This document shows positions 63,568 to 64,000 of a stretch of DNA of 64,000 bases, one piece after another (position 1 is the stretch's first letter; every line of letters begins with the position of its first letter). The stretch spans positions 2,122 through 66,121 of the forward strand of contig JAVYSX010000002.1 in NCBI GenBank assembly GCA_038728965.1, written 5' to 3'. The stretch comes from Thermoplasmatales archaeon (GTDB lineage Archaea; Thermoplasmatota; Thermoplasmata; Thermoplasmatales; GCA-001856825). The notes under the pieces are model-generated. The model saw nothing but the letters and a program-made list of their open reading frames with translations, had not been told where the DNA came from and ran no database searches. The translations under genes and the position numbers were made by a program.

Positions 63568-64000
63568 CAGGATCTTTCGAAGATTTTTTCCTCTACAATT
63601 TTGAACTCTTCTAGAGAGCTTCTGGTCCTTGGCCTGGGAGGTAGGAAGTAACAGTCACACGACGCCGTGTCTGAAAGGAATATATCAAATAATCCTATCT
63701 TCTCCGACAGTCCTTCTATTTCTATTTTATCGAATCCGATCAGCGGCCTGAAAACAGGCATCGATGTCTTCTCTTCGATCGTGCCCAGATTTTCCACAGT
63801 CTGGCTTGCGACCTGGCCGAGATCCTCCCCCGTTATTATTCCCTTTGCTCCAATTTCTTTCGCATACTTCTCCCCCTCACTGTACATCTTCCTCTTGCAG
63901 AAGATGCAAGTCCAGCGCTCTTCTCCGTTCTTTCTAAGCTCCATAACAGTCTTGCCTATCATTTTCCTGTGATCAACAATCTTAATTTCTATCGGGTAGG
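63567..64000 (-). CDS. thiI: tRNA 4-thiouridine synthase ThiI-like (partial; N-terminus beyond the right window edge)
   Basis: The frame stays open to position 64000 (..YPIEIKIVDHRKMIGKTV..). It contains CIFCKRKM, IITGEDLGQVASQT and RPLIGFDK.EI, typical of the ThiI PP-loop domain C-terminus. Confidence 0.75.
   Translation of the reverse strand, partial: YPIEIKIVDHRKMIGKTVMELRKNGEERWTCIFCKRKMYSEGEKYAKEIGAKGIITGEDLGQVASQTVENLGTIEEKTSMPVFRPLIGFDKIEIEGLSEKIGLFDIFLSDTASCDCYFLPPRPRTRSSLEEFKIVEEKIFERS

Noticed and set aside
1-64000. CRISPR arrays, IS elements/transposases, integrases, prophage or plasmid modules, rRNA genes
   Set aside because: Reading all spacers >100 bp and the full ORF list revealed no regularly spaced identical repeats of 24-40 nt. 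I also found no DDE/serine/tyrosine recombinase motifs and no rRNA-like sequence. The only repeats found are the short phased motifs reported at 9967-10016 and 13875-13982.

Overview
The window is a densely coded (~90%) archaeal chromosome segment, most likely from a Thermoplasmatales-type euryarchaeon. Evidence for that placement: an HU/HTa-like chromatin protein, the AGT-endonuclease V fusion known from Ferroplasma, a cytochrome bd oxidase, the archaeal ribosomal proteins L7Ae/S28e/L24e, aIF5B, aEF-1beta, TFS, PriL, TiaS, Pth2 and an archaeal-type SRP RNA. I support about 70 CDS, 2 tRNAs (an intron-containing tRNA-Ser(GGA) and tRNA-Cys(GCA)) and 1 SRP RNA. I found no CRISPR array, integrase, transposase or rRNA. 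Most genes are housekeeping: tRNA modification, 7-deazaguanine/archaeosine genes queC/queD/queF/tgtA, a threonine-to-glycine/one-carbon cluster, transsulfuration and translation. The best candidate for an undescribed system is a translationally coupled three-gene operon on the minus strand (30942-33263). It encodes a 45-aa ORF, a 185-aa orphan, and a HerA/FtsK-like P-loop ATPase fused to a CoiA-like PD-(D/E)xK nuclease domain, directly upstream of queD-queC. Other points of interest are an alternating purine-pyrimidine tract with three phased TGCGCA palindromes at the cyd promoter, phased direct repeats near tRNA-Ser, a bona fide-looking QueF in an archaeon, a catalytic-domain-only aTGT and a heavily sequon-loaded surface protein. 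All calls rest on manual motif recognition; no database search was possible.
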